Source of the DNA: an uncultured Bacteroidales bacterium
Lineage (GTDB): Bacteria; Bacteroidota; Bacteroidia; Bacteroidales; VadinHA17
DNA length: 64,000 nucleotides
Assembly: GCA_963746685.1 (NCBI GenBank)
Contig: CAVVBY010000033.1
Coordinates: 472,386 to 536,385, forward strand
Direction: 5' to 3'
Position 1 is the first letter of the stretch. Each line of letters starts with the position of its first letter. Made by a program: the position numbers and the translations under genes. Below are positions 44,806 to 56,417 of the stretch, in pieces. The notes below the pieces were generated by a model. The model saw only the letters and a program-made list of their open reading frames with translations. It had not been told where the DNA came from and did no database searches.

Positions 44806-46459
44806 TTAATATTTTGCAACAATCGGCATTTTCCTTCCTTCACCGAATGCTTTTGAAGATATTCTTAAAACAGGAGGAGCCTGGTATCGTTTGTATTCAT
44901 TATAATTTATGAGCCTGAGCACTTTATCAACGACTGACCTGTCAAATCCTTCCAGTTCAATCTCATCTGCCGGTTTTTGCAATTCTATATACTGGTAAAG
45001 TATTGAATCGAGTATTTCGTATTCCGGAAGTGAATCAGTATCGAACTGACCGGGTTTTAATTCAGCTGATGGCGGTTTCAGGATTATATTTTCGGGAATA
45101 ATTTCACTATCCCTGTTGATGTACCTGGCCAGTTTATAAACATCTGTTTTGTAAACATCTCCGATAACTGACAGGCCTCCTGCCATGTCGCCGTAAAGAG
45201 TGCCATAACCTACGGCGGCTTCGCTTTTGTTTGAAGTATTCAGCAGGATATATCCGAATTTATTTGCGAATGCCATCAGCAGGATCGCTCTTATACGGGC
45301 TTGTATATTCTCTTCTGTGATATCACTTTTTCTTTCCTTAAAGAAAGGAGTCAGTGTATCGAGGAATGCAGAAAATGGTTTTTCAATACTGAGAATTTCG
45401 TAACTACACCTGATATTATCTGCCAGGGTAACTGAATCAGATACGGAATGTTCAGATGAATATCGCGAAGGCATTAAAAGTGCTTTTACGTTCTCAGGTC
45501 CGAGAGCCTCACTTGCCAGGCAGATAACTACCGCTGAGTCAATCCCTCCGGATAATCCTATAATGCATTTTTTAAAACCTGTTTTTGCGAAATAATCGCG
45601 TATTCCGGTTACAAGGGCTTTATGAACAAGGGAAACAATTTCGTACGCCGGTTTCTGGTAAGTAGTAACTCCGGACATGACTTCTTCGAGTGAAAATGTT
45701 TCCACAGTCTCTTCAAAGTACTCAAGCTGGCGGAATATTTTACCTTCAGCGTTGATTATCAATGATGCGCCGTCAAATATAAGCTCAGTGTTCGCGCCTG
45801 TCTGGTTCGCTGTAACTACCGGGATCCTGTGTTTAATTGCCTTTGAAATAAATATGTTCTTTTTCGCTTCCACTTTTGAATATGAAAATGGAGAAGCCGA
45901 AATATTAATTATCAGATCGGGATTATATCTTGAGAGCTCATCCATGGGAGAAACTGTATATAGTCTCGATTTTTCAAACTTGTTATCGAAAGGTTGTTCA
46001 TCCCAGAGATCCTCACAGATTGTCAGTGCAATTTTTATCCCTTTGACTGTAAATATTGAGAAGTTTGTTTCAGGTTCAAAATAGCGGTATTCATCAAAGA
46101 TGTCATAAGTAGGCAGAAGGGCTTTATTTGTTTTAAAAATGATTTTCCCTTCTGAAAGTACGAGGGCAGAGTTATATAGTTTTTTACCTTCCGGGTCGGT
46201 ATTGAAAGTGGGTGAACCCACTATAGCCGTTATACCAGTACAGATAACCGGCAATTTCATTAACTGTCTGGTCGCATTTTTCAATGAAATCAACCCGGTC
46301 AAGCAGATCAAGAGGAGGATATCCCGGAATACATAGTTCCGAAAATATTACAAGATCCGATCCTTCATTTTTTGCCTTGTTAATGGCTTTGCATATCAAA
46401 TCCTTATTCCCTGCAAAATTACCGATTTGATAGTTGAGTTGCGCGACAGAGATTTTCAT
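44806..46459 (-). pseudogene. nadE: glutamine-dependent NAD+ synthetase, frame change near 46255
   Basis: N-terminal CN-hydrolase domain (FSELCIPGYPP, TICEDLW) and C-terminal PP-loop GLSGGIDSAV. ORFs 46184-46459 and 44806-46311 are collinear. Confidence 0.9.
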
Positions 46460-46469
46460 GGTGTTCCGG

Positions 46470-47166
46470 TCAGAAATTAATACCGAAAATAAATTTCAGC
46501 AGTTTATGAATTGTGCGATCAGTTTCCCGGCTTTCAAAATCCTTTGTTATGTCAAATATATTGGCTTCGTAGCCGAGACCAAGAACGAGAGACATATTTC
46601 CGTCAAGTGAATATTCAGCACCACCAGTAAGATGGTACCCTGCGTTGAATCTTCTTATTTCCGTCATTGCACCCTTTCTTTTAATATCATTTGAAGGGAT
46701 ATCGACTTTCCCGTTTATGACAACTTTAGGGTCAAGGCCGAATTCACCAAAATATGTAAAATATCCTGTTTCAGAGGTCTTTATCTTAACACCTACAGGA
46801 ACAGAAATATATTGGAGCCTGTAGATGACAGGTTCTCCTGCTGCAACAGTGGCAGTATAATCGGGAAATCTGAAAAATGAAGCATCAGCATTGACAAGCC
46901 TGGCACTGGCAGCAGAAAAAGCAAGTCCGGAACTAAAGTGCCAGTTATCGGTGAGGCGCCTCTCGGCTGAAATGCTGAATTCAAAGCCTGCCCTGGCACC
47001 CTTATTGCTGATATTCTCAACGTCAGTCCTGAACCATGATATAACAGGCGCAGCATATACACCATACCTGTAATCCTGAGCGAGTCAATATTCTTTCGGG
47101 GATCAATGCAACCAGGAGGAAGAACACAATTTTCTTTTTGTCAATTGACTTAATTATCGTTAGCAT
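46470..47166 (-). pseudogene. outer-membrane beta-barrel (porin-family) protein, several frame changes
   Basis: The signal-like N-terminus starts at ATG 47166 (MLTIIKSIDKKKIVFFLLVAL). Beta-strand segments are recovered in other frames, and the C-terminus is ...LKFIFGINF (terminal Phe). Confidence 0.55.
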
Positions 47167-47315
47167 GGCATTAATATCTAAATCCTGACTGTCTGTTTAA
47201 TTTTCCCGGATTAAAACAATCCCAAAAATAGCAAATAATAACTGAAGAAACAGATACGTTTTATCTGTTGTTATTAAATCAAAAGTATCTATTTTAGCCG
47301 TATTAACTGAATCAT

Positions 47316-48343
47316 ATGAAAATCAGGATAAATTCTTATTTTTCATTTTACTGCTATTGCTGTGTTTTGTCTCCTGCAGGAAAAATCCTTATAAAGTCAG
47401 CGTTTCATCCATAAAAGCTGATATTGAAATAAAAAGGCTTGAGAAAGATCTTTTCACCATGAATCCTGAAGAGATAACAATTAAGCTGCCTGAGCTGAAA
47501 GATAAATATGGCAATATTCTTCAGCTTTTCAGCTATGCCATTAATACCGGAGATGTCAATGATCCCTCGTTCGGTGATTTTCTTGCACGATTTTGCACAG
47601 ACAAGCAAAATAACGATGTTTATGGCCTCACAATGAAACACTTCCCTGAACTTACGTCAGTTGAACGGAATCTTGAAGATGCCTTCCGCCATTACAAATA
47701 TTATTTCCCGGATAAGGTTGTTCCTGAAGTTTTTTCGTGTATCACCGGATTTAATGCAAGTATTATAACTATGTCAGGTGAATCGGCTCTCGGAATTGGC
47801 CTCGACAAGTACCTGGGTGCTGATTGTGAGTATTACCCAGGCCTGGGAATATACACTTATATGTCGGCAAGGATGAAGCCCGAATATATTGTGCCCGACT
47901 GCATGTATGGGTGGGGTGCCACACAGTGGGATTTTACCTCAATGAATTATTCTGCCGATAATGTTCTTGCAGAAATGATTCATGAGGGAAAGCTGAGGTA
48001 CTTTGTAAGGTGCATGCTGCCTGAAGCTGAGGATGAGATTATTTTTGGCTTCACCCCCGACCAGATGAAATTCTGCAGGAATAATGAAGGGCAGATGTGG
48101 CAATATATGGTTGAGAACGATCTGTTTTTCAAGACAGATCAGTTTACAATACGTAAGCTTATGGGAGATGCTCCGTTTACCAGCTATTTTACAAATGAGT
48201 CTCCCGGAAGAGCAGCTGTCTGGCTTGGATTCAGGATCATTGAGTCATACATGAACAAAAACAAGGGAACAAGTCTTGAATCGATTATGAAGGATATTAA
48301 TGTTCAGGAAATTCTTGAGAAGGCCAGATATAATCCGCAATAA
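47316..48343 (+). pseudogene. gldB: gliding motility lipoprotein GldB, frame change near 47350
   Basis: ATG at 47316, then a shift into ORF 47357-48343 (LLCFVSCRKNPYKV lipobox region). The body resembles GldB (CITGFNASIITMSGESALGIGLDKYLG, DAPFTSYFTNESPGRAAVWLGFRII). Confidence 0.8.
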
Positions 48344-48374
48344 AAAAGGGGCTTTTTAAGCCCCTTAATTTTTT
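48342..48374. terminator. bidirectional intrinsic terminator between gldB (+) and ferredoxin (-)
   Basis: AAGGGGCTT-TTT-AAGCCCCTT, flanked by an A-run upstream and a T-run downstream. It therefore has a U-tract on both transcripts. Confidence 0.8.
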
Positions 48375-48386
48375 AAGATCGCAATA

Positions 48387-48557
48387 CTATTCAGCCGGAT
48401 GAATTGCCTCAACAGGACAAACATCAGCGCAAGCACCGCAATCAGTGCATACGTCCGGATCAATTTTATAGATGTCGCCTTCAGATATTGCTTCAACCGG
48501 ACATTCATCAATGCATGTTCCGCAAGCAGTACAATCTTCATTAATTTTGTAAGCCAT
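48387..48557 (-). CDS. 2x[4Fe-4S] ferredoxin (56 aa)
   Basis: Hand translation gives MAYKINEDCTACGTCIDECPVEAISEGDIYKIDPDVCTDCGACADVCPVEAIHPAE, with two CxxCxxCxxxCP clusters. Confidence 0.9.
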   Translation of the reverse strand: MAYKINEDCTACGTCIDECPVEAISEGDIYKIDPDVCTDCGACADVCPVEAIHPAE

Positions 48558-48595
48558 TTCTATTCCTTTTTTGGTTAATTATAACTTCAATTCTG

Positions 48596-48603
48596 CAAAC
48601 ATA
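48596..48603 (-). promoter_or_regulatory. Bacteroidota -7 box (TAnnTTTG)
   Basis: TATGTTTG on the minus strand, 38 nt upstream of the ferredoxin ATG. Confidence 0.45.
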
Positions 48604-48706
48604 TTCTAAATTTTTCAAATGAAAAAGAATCTTTGTTATTTCCTTACTTTTTTATTCTGGTTCGAAATACAAAGATGATGCCAAACCACAGGACTAACAA
48701 TTAATG

Positions 48707-51700
48707 CTAAAAGTCGAGGCTGAAGGACAGGTAAAATATCCTTGGCAGAATATACCCGTCTTCTATACCCCAGGCCCAGTCAGCTCTTATAAAATAGCCC
48801 ATAAGTTGTGCACGGAGACCTGCACCGAAACCAGCCACGATCGGTTTCCTGTTGGAATCAAGGGTGACAGTAACCGGTCCGTTCTTGTAAATTTCAGTAT
48901 CATAGGCATTATCACCCGACCATGGGCTTGATCCTGTCCATGCGGTTCCAATGTCTCCAAAACCTACCACCTGAAGGCTGTTGAGGAAGTTGGATCTTAA
49001 AGGATGTCCGGCAAAATATCTGACAAACGGCCATCTTATTTCACTGTTTATCAGAGCAAAATTATTGCCATTCCTGATATTCTGGGTAAACCCTCTCATA
49101 TTTGTGGCAAGCGCCTGAAATCCATAATTCTGTGTGGGACTGACCGGTATAGAAGTGTCGAACATCTGGTACTTGTTAAAGATATATCCCATCCAGTTAT
49201 CAACTCCACCCAGGTAATAAACAAGCTTGGTCGGGCCGAATGAGGAGCTTGCTGCAAAGCGGTTGGCCCAGATAAGTTCCCTGTGTATGCGGGTGTAATG
49301 TCTGAAATCGCCTCCGATAACAAACATATCTGACTTATTAGTGGTAATCTGTCTGTAGTATTCCCCGAAAATTTTAAACCTGGTGCCAAAATATATATTG
49401 ACACTTCTCTTGCGGGTATTGTCAAAGATAATTTCACCCTTAAGTCCGCCCCAGTGTTTTGACATGGTTTCAGAAGTCAGGGAAGTCAGGTCCTGGGCAA
49501 GAGTTACATTACGGTCGTATCTGTACGAAAGTGTTCCCTTGACAGCAAGGACTGGAGTTATTGGCTTTGCCAAAGAAAGATATATATTATGTGTATGGGT
49601 CTTAAAAAGGTCGACGCCATCTGAGCTGAAATAAGCCTGCCTGTGAAAGATAAACTGCTTATCGAATTTCCCTTTCAGGTTCTCGAAACTCAGAAGGTAC
49701 TCATTGCTGTCAAAGTCTCCTGAAAACCTGAATCCTGCAGTAATCCTGTAGTCTTCAAAAAGATCAAGTATCCCGAACCTTGTCAGCAAATTTATTCCGG
49801 GGTTAAAATAGGCGGCACCCCCGTTAAATACCTGGTATGAATTGTTCAGGAATGTAAAATCTATCTGATTAGCTATATAATTATTGTAAAATGATGTTTC
49901 ATAGATCCTGATAAGCGGAATATCTATCTTACCGGTATCAAGATCAATATTCATATATTTTTTCCGCCATAGCTGTTCATAATAGTTTTGCTTCTCTTTT
50001 TCGAAAATATAATGATTGATATTGATAGGTTCATTCTTAATGTAATATTCATAAAGGGGTTTTGTCAGGGTATCCCTTCTTTTCTTGTCTTCGGCGATCA
50101 GCCATTTCCTTATCAGCTCAATGCTGTCCGCCTTGTGAAACAATTTATCCTGCTCCTTCCTGAAATTGCTTTTGATCATCTCATTCGAGGGATACTTTTC
50201 CCTGACTATCAGATGTGCCTTTTCTGACATTGTATTTGCCATCCTTAAAGATAACCTCACCATACAGATCCGATCCGTCAGGTAGTGACTGGTTTAGTAT
50301 ATTTCTGTCATAATTTGTTACAGGGTTGAATTTAATAAAGTAACGGTAATGCATTGCAGTGTCAATATAGCTTATGGAGCTGTCAAAAACTGCGGAATAC
50401 CTGTTTAGGATACCGTTTCCGTCACCGATATATGAAATGCTTTTTCCTGCCATCTCCGATGACTGGTATCTGCTTGAATACTGGCCTTCAGAAAGCCTTA
50501 CAAGCAAATTGTTCTTTCTTTTCGGTATCATATGTGAAAAGATCAAAAGCAGGGGAGAGTTTTTCAAACGGATCACCGGTGTTTGTGAGAGTATCGGATA
50601 ATCTGTTCGAAGAAAACATTATTTCACTGCCCGGACTGCTTATAGAATGACGGATTCAGATCATCGGCAACATCGCGGGTGATCTGCTCATTGGTGCCCG
50701 AAGCTACTGTATGTATATATATGTCTGTCACCCCGTCCTTAACGGCCGACAGAACTATCCTTGATCCTTCAGGGGAATATGAAAAATCAAGTACCTTGTC
50801 AAAGTAGAGGAAATTTTTATGCTCAGTCTTCTTCTCCTCAGTCCTGTAGAAATATATAACCATTCCTGCCTTCTCTTCATTTATATATGTCAGGATTCTG
50901 CTGCTCGGGTGCCATGCAATTACAGGATATTTATTATCGGTCTTATGCTCGTACTTCGGTTCGGCCCTGAATATATTTTTCGTCTTCCCGGTTGACTGAT
51001 CATAGAGCCATATCCTTTTCCTGCCCCAGTCGTTTGTAACATATGCGATATACTTTTTATCAGGACTTATTTTTACCTGCTGGTAAATCTGCTCCTTGCG
51101 CGATTTTCTAAAAGTATTCTCATCGTTAGCCGGAAGATCGCGGTCGGCAGAAAACTCCTCATTGTAATACTGTTTCCACTCTATAAGCAGGTCCTTTAGC
51201 TTTACTCCCAGGACATAGTAGGAATCCGTCGTCTACATTCTTATATACCTTGGTGAGGTAAATAATATTGGGAATAATTGCATCACCATATTTTCTTCCG
51301 ATAAATCTCCAGAATGACTGGCCTGCATAAATTGCATCATCAAATTCCAGGTGATTGATATTCTTGTATTTTCCCGATTTAATCCCATCTTTAACTCTGT
51401 TCTCAACATCATAATCCCATCCGAAAGAGACATAGTTTATCAGGCCTTTAAGATACCAGTCCGGCATATTAATAACAGATGAGCTGGAAATCCTGTCCTT
51501 GAAATCCGCATTGTAGAGCATCTCGTTGATTATTGATTCAGTGATAGATGCTGCAATTTGTTTCTGGTATGCAACATGGTCTCCTTCATAATAGAGCATA
51601 ACCTTGTTCTTGATTATTCTGCTGAATCCCCCGGTGTTATAGGTATCTTCATCAAAGGTAACCAGACCGATATTAGACTGTCTGTATTCGTTATTCTTGT

Positions 51701-51986
51701 TGTAGATCACGAAGATCATCCTCTTTTCCAGAGTATAATCAAAGTAATCTTCAATCTCATCCAGCTTCTTCCTGGCATAATCTGCAGTGAACAGGGCAAG
51801 ATCACGTCCGTATTCGTTGAAGTAACAGTCAAAATTATCAAATCTGTAGTACGACCAGTAATAGTCGAAATACTGAACCCTGTTCTTCCCGAACGACATC
51901 TGATGGCCATTATAGAACTGACCCTCAGCATTAAGAAAGATCATGCTTACGATTATAGTAATAAAAAGTCTGTAAGTATTTCTCAT
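48707..51986 (-). pseudogene. ~1090-aa secreted protein: N-terminal domain + TolB-like beta-propeller + C-terminal outer-membrane beta-barrel; frame changes near 51190, 50620, 50520 and 50225
   Basis: Signal peptide MRNTYRLFITIIVSMIFLNAEGQ starts at 51986. PD40/WD40-like repeats (ISPDKKYIAYVTN, SYSPEGSRIVLSA) follow. The C-terminal barrel ends in YLSFSLDF (aromatic terminal residue). Confidence 0.65.
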
Positions 51987-52273
51987 TTTCAATACTTTCA
52001 CTTTACAGAACGGATTTAGTAACCTCAAATTTTGTTCCAAATAAATCTGGTCAGGGAACAAAACTAAAGATATTCTTTAACAAAATTAATAAGAAGATCA
52101 AACTTTATTATTTTTGCATGCATTGATCAGAGAATATTTGTTTTGGTCTGATCTTTGTTTGAGAAGATTATACCATAATTTCAAATAAACTTATCGTTTT
52201 AATCGTTTTAATTTGTATCAAAAAATATCAGGCAACAGGTATCTTTAAACAAATTAATAAAAAAATTTATAAT

Positions 52274-53368
52274 ATGAAAAAGTTCTTTTTGTTTACAATA
52301 CTGGCATTCAGTGTAGCAGCCATCTGGGCCCAGCCGATGCTTAAAGTCTCATCTTCTGAACATGATTTTGGAAAATTCAAGGAAGAGGCTGGCAGTCAGA
52401 GATACGATTTTGTTGTACAGAATACGGGTAATCAGCCTCTTGTAATTCAGAATATTGTCGCGTCGTGCGGATGCACCACACCTGAATGGACAAAAGGCCC
52501 AATACCTCCGAAAGGCACAGGTAAAATTACAGCAATTTATGATCCTAAGGACAGACCCGGTCCATTTAACAAGACACTTTCGGTTTACACCAATTCAAAA
52601 CCTGAAGTTATTGTCCTTGTCAATAAAGGGCGAAGTTATACCTCATGAAAAAACAGTTGAAGAACTGTTATATTTTCCCTGTCGGCCCTGTCAGGTTCGA
52701 GAGCAATCACCTGGCATTCACCAATATTAAAAAGAATGAAAAGAAAAATAAGGACAATGCAGGTAATCAACACTTCTGCTCAACCTGCAAAAATAGAATT
52801 TGACAATGTTCCGGCGCATCTTACAATGAAGGCTAATCCGACAACATTAAAGCCAGGTCAGAAAGGGATTATTGAGGGAACTTATGATGCAACAAAAAAC
52901 CAGGCGTGGGGATATACTACAGACATTGTAAGGCTAAAAATAAATGATGTCGTGGATCAGAATGTATATTATGCTGTCAGTGCCAACCTGGTTGAAGATT
53001 TCTCAGGACTGTCAAAGGATGAACTGACCAACGCTCCGGTATTCAATGTTGAATCAAAAACTGTTGAATTAGGAACAATTCCCGGATCAGCCCCAAAGGA
53101 TGTTGAATTCAAGTTTACAAATACCGGGAAAAGTGATCTCATTATCAGGTATATAAAAGCATCCTGCGGATGTACTGCTGTGCAGCAGGGGATTCAGGGA
53201 CAGGGGATCAAGCCCGGAGAATCAGGTTCGATAAAAGCCGTATTCAATTCAGGCAGTTATAAGGGGAAGGTTACAAAGGCTATATATGTTTATACAAACG
53301 ATCCTAAGAACTCCGAAGTTGTACTTATGCTGAACGCAGATGTTGATCAGGAAGCTGTGAAGAATTAA
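52274..53368 (+). pseudogene. tandem DUF1573-domain protein, about 3 frame changes between 52630 and 52750
   Basis: Signal peptide plus the DUF1573 signature ASCGCTTPEWTK in ORF 52274-52648. A second copy, ASCGCTAVQQG, lies in ORF 52736-53368. The linker (YFPVGPVRFESNHLAFTNIKKNEKK) is read in another frame. Confidence 0.75.
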
Positions 53369-53375
53369 TTAAACG

Positions 53376-54464
53376 ATGGAGGAAAAAGATGGAGAAAGAG
53401 TCTCCTTCAGGATTCAGGAGGGGGTGTCTCAACCTCCCAATATCAACCCTGAGGTTCTGGCAAATAATTCAAGGAAAAAAAGGAAGAGATATTCTGTCAA
53501 TGAATTTGTCACAGGAATATTATCGGGAAACAGGACCATACTAAGCCAGGCAATAACGCTGGTTGAAAGCTCGCTTCCGGAGCATTTTAAAATCGCGCAG
53601 TCAATAATAGAAAAATGCCTCCCGTTCAGTTCCCGATCGGTAAGAATAGGAATAACAGGCGTACCGGGTGCAGGGAAAAGTACTTTCATAGAGTCTTTTG
53701 GATTGCATGCAGCAGGCATGGGGAAGAAGATTGCTGTCCTGGCTATTGACCCAAGCAGCAAGTATACAAAGGGAAGCATCCTTGGGGATAAGACAAGAAT
53801 GGAAAAACTGAGTATCCATCCCGATGCATTCGTCAGACCATCACCTTCTGCAGGAACCCTTGGCGGAGTAGCAAGGAAGACATGGGAGTCGATAATACTC
53901 TGTGAAGCAGCAGGGTTTGATACAATACTGGTGGAAACTGTAGGAGTAGGCCAGTCGGAGACTGCTGTCCGTTCGATGGTTGATTTTTTCCTCCTTCTGA
54001 TGCTGACCGGCACAGGCGATGAAATTCAGGGGATCAAGAGAGGCATAATTGAGATGGCAGATGCAATTGCTATTACAAAAGCTGACGGTGGAAATATAAT
54101 ATCAGCCGAAAACTCAAGGGTAATGTTTCAGAATGCACTATCTCTTTTCCCGGAAACCCAGTCGGGATGGAAACCATTGGCACTTACATGTTCTGCTCAA
54201 CAGGATACCGGCATAAGTGAAATCTGGAAAATCATTGAGGACTATGTCTGTTACACCAAAAAGACCGGTTATTTTGAAGACTTGAGAAAAAAGCAGGCGG
54301 TCATCCGGATGCATGATATGGTTTCTGAGTATCTGAACACCTCATTTTATAATCATGAAGAAGTAAAATCCCTTATTCCTGAACTTGAAAAGGAACTCTT
54401 TAAAGGGACGATCACTTCCTATAAGGCTGCTCTTAGCCTACTCAATAAATATTTCAAAAAATAA
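53376..54464 (+). CDS. meaB: methylmalonyl-CoA mutase-associated G3E GTPase (MeaB/ArgK)
   Basis: 362-aa intact ORF with Walker A GVPGAGKST, VETVGVGQSE and ITKADG. Confidence 0.88.
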   Translation: MEEKDGERVSFRIQEGVSQPPNINPEVLANNSRKKRKRYSVNEFVTGILSGNRTILSQAITLVESSLPEHFKIAQSIIEKCLPFSSRSVRIGITGVPGAGKSTFIESFGLHAAGMGKKIAVLAIDPSSKYTKGSILGDKTRMEKLSIHPDAFVRPSPSAGTLGGVARKTWESIILCEAAGFDTILVETVGVGQSETAVRSMVDFFLLLMLTGTGDEIQGIKRGIIEMADAIAITKADGGNIISAENSRVMFQNALSLFPETQSGWKPLALTCSAQQDTGISEIWKIIEDYVCYTKKTGYFEDLRKKQAVIRMHDMVSEYLNTSFYNHEEVKSLIPELEKELFKGTITSYKAALSLLNKYFKK

Positions 54465-54484
54465 ACGGAATTAACAATAATTCA

Positions 54485-54492
54485 TATCTTTG
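54485..54492 (+). promoter_or_regulatory. Bacteroidota -7 box (TAnnTTTG)
   Basis: TATCTTTG, 58 nt upstream of the TlpA-like gene ATG. Confidence 0.4.
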
Positions 54493-54550
54493 CGCGATTT
54501 TAACAGGATTATCAATCAGGCCTATAAATTAATATTCAAAATCAATAAAA

Positions 54551-55666
54551 ATGAAGAAGCTTTTCTACTTGTTTGTTATTACAACTATTTTGGCCGCATG
54601 CTCCTCCGAACCACATTATGTCATAAACGGTAAAATTGAAGGTGCCGACAGTGTCAAATTCCTTCTTCAGATAAGAGAAGCCGGAAAGATAGTTACTATG
54701 GATTCAGCTGTTGCTTACAAGGGATCTTTTAAGATGAAGGGTGGCGCAGTTAAATATCCCGATTTAGTGCTGCTAAGTGCACAGGTTACTCCACGGGATC
54801 CGAGAATGAGAACTCAATTTTACCTTGAAAACACTGAGATAACAATTACAGGGAAGCTCGATTCTCTTTACGGAGCAAAAATAGCAGGTTCTAAAACAAT
54901 GGATGAGTACAACGGATTCGTTAATTCCCTTGATGTGATTGATAAGAAGTTCACAAAGATCGACAAGGATTATCAGATTGCTGAGCAGAGCGGAGATACA
55001 GCAAAAGTGGCACAGCTTAAAAAAGAAATTGAAGCTGGTCAGAAAGAAATGACACAAATACAGAAAGATTTTGTAAAGAACAATCCTAATTCATTTGCAG
55101 CTCCCATTATTTTATCAGGACTTATACCCGATATGGAAGGATCGGAGATTGAAACATATATTACTGCAATGGATACAGCAGTAGCCAATACTGAAATAGT
55201 CAGAAATATTAAGGCATACGCCGAAAAAATGATTGCGGTGTCTGTCGGCCATAAGGCCCCTGACTTTACGTTGAACGATCCGGAAGGGAACCCGGTATCC
55301 CTCTATTCAAAAGTAGGTTCAAAGCTTCTGCTTGTTGATTTCTGGGCTGCATGGTGCCAGCCATGCCGCAGGGAGAATCCGAATCTTGTCAAAGTCTACA
55401 ATGAGTTCAACAAGAAAGGATTTGATGTATTCGGTGTATCCCTTGACCGTTCAAAAGATGACTGGGTAAAGGCAATTACTGACGATAAGCTCAAATGGAC
55501 ACATGTATCAGATCTTCAGTACTGGAATAATGCAGCTGCCAAATTGTATAAAGTCTCTACGATTCCGGCAAACTTCCTGCTTGATGAAACTGGTGTAATA
55601 ATCGGAAGAAATCTAACAGGAGAAACACTGTATAATAAGGTTAAGGAAGTTTTGGGAGGGAAATAG
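54551..55666 (+). CDS. TlpA-like thiol:disulfide oxidoreductase lipoprotein (DUF4369 N-domain + thioredoxin fold)
   Basis: 371 aa with the lipobox ILAACSS and the active site FWAAWCQPC. Confidence 0.85.
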   Translation: MKKLFYLFVITTILAACSSEPHYVINGKIEGADSVKFLLQIREAGKIVTMDSAVAYKGSFKMKGGAVKYPDLVLLSAQVTPRDPRMRTQFYLENTEITITGKLDSLYGAKIAGSKTMDEYNGFVNSLDVIDKKFTKIDKDYQIAEQSGDTAKVAQLKKEIEAGQKEMTQIQKDFVKNNPNSFAAPIILSGLIPDMEGSEIETYITAMDTAVANTEIVRNIKAYAEKMIAVSVGHKAPDFTLNDPEGNPVSLYSKVGSKLLLVDFWAAWCQPCRRENPNLVKVYNEFNKKGFDVFGVSLDRSKDDWVKAITDDKLKWTHVSDLQYWNNAAAKLYKVSTIPANFLLDETGVIIGRNLTGETLYNKVKEVLGGK

Positions 55667-55698
55667 TCCCTGAGACTAAGTGAGGTGGGGGTTGAAAT

Positions 55699-56400
55699 CT
55701 ATTCTTCCTCTGTTTTGAATTTCTCTCCAGGTTTTACCTCTTCGAGGATAAAACCAGTTCCTCTTACAGTTCGGATATCTATGTTTTTATCTTCAGAGAT
55801 GTATTTTCTCAGCCTCGAGATAAACACATCCATGCTCCGGCCGAGGAAATAATCATCCTCTCCCCAGATTTCTGTCAGAATATCTTCCCTCGCAAGGATC
55901 TTATTCTTGTTGATGATAAAGTATCTCAGCAGCTGGGCTTCCTTAAGAGTAAGCTTCTCTTTTGTACTGCCACAAATAAGTTCAAGAGTGTTGAACTTCA
56001 GTACTGTGTTGGATATTTTAAATTCATCGTTAGTTGATGAATAAGCTCTTTTGAGGATATTACTGATACGGAGAATAAGAACCTCCGGGTCGAAAGGTTT
56101 TGTTATATAATCATCTGCCCCGATCTTTAGTCCTCTGACGATATCCTCCTTGAGGCTTTTTGCAGTAAGGAATATTATCGGGATTTCAGGCCGTGCCTCC
56201 TTGATCTTTTCACCAAGAGTGAAACCATCCATCTCGGGCATCATTACATCGAGCACGCACAGATCAGGTTTGTCTTTGCTGAAAAGTTCCCAGGCTTCTT
56301 TGCCGTCACGGGCCAGTGTCACTTCAAATCCGCTTATAGATATATATTGCGACAGGATGTTACCGAAATCCCTGTCATCTTCTGCTAATAAAACTTTCAT
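55699..56400 (-). CDS. OmpR-family response regulator
   Basis: 233-aa intact ORF with the receiver domain (DLCVLDVMMPEMDG, phospho-Asp context) and a winged-helix C-terminus (VFISRLRKYI, IRTVRGTGF). Confidence 0.9.
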   Translation of the reverse strand: MKVLLAEDDRDFGNILSQYISISGFEVTLARDGKEAWELFSKDKPDLCVLDVMMPEMDGFTLGEKIKEARPEIPIIFLTAKSLKEDIVRGLKIGADDYITKPFDPEVLILRISNILKRAYSSTNDEFKISNTVLKFNTLELICGSTKEKLTLKEAQLLRYFIINKNKILAREDILTEIWGEDDYFLGRSMDVFISRLRKYISEDKNIDIRTVRGTGFILEEVKPGEKFKTEEE

Positions 56401-56417
56401 GACCTTAATAAATTACA

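Noticed and set aside
48650-48680. tRNA-like T-loop string GGTTCGAAAT.
   Set aside because: The flanks cannot form a T-stem or an acceptor stem, and no anticodon arm is present. No tRNA is supportable anywhere in the window.
53429-54013. 194-aa minus-strand ORF antisense to meaB.
   Set aside because: It is a shadow ORF opposite a gene with clear Walker A and G3E motifs. It has no independent coding signal.
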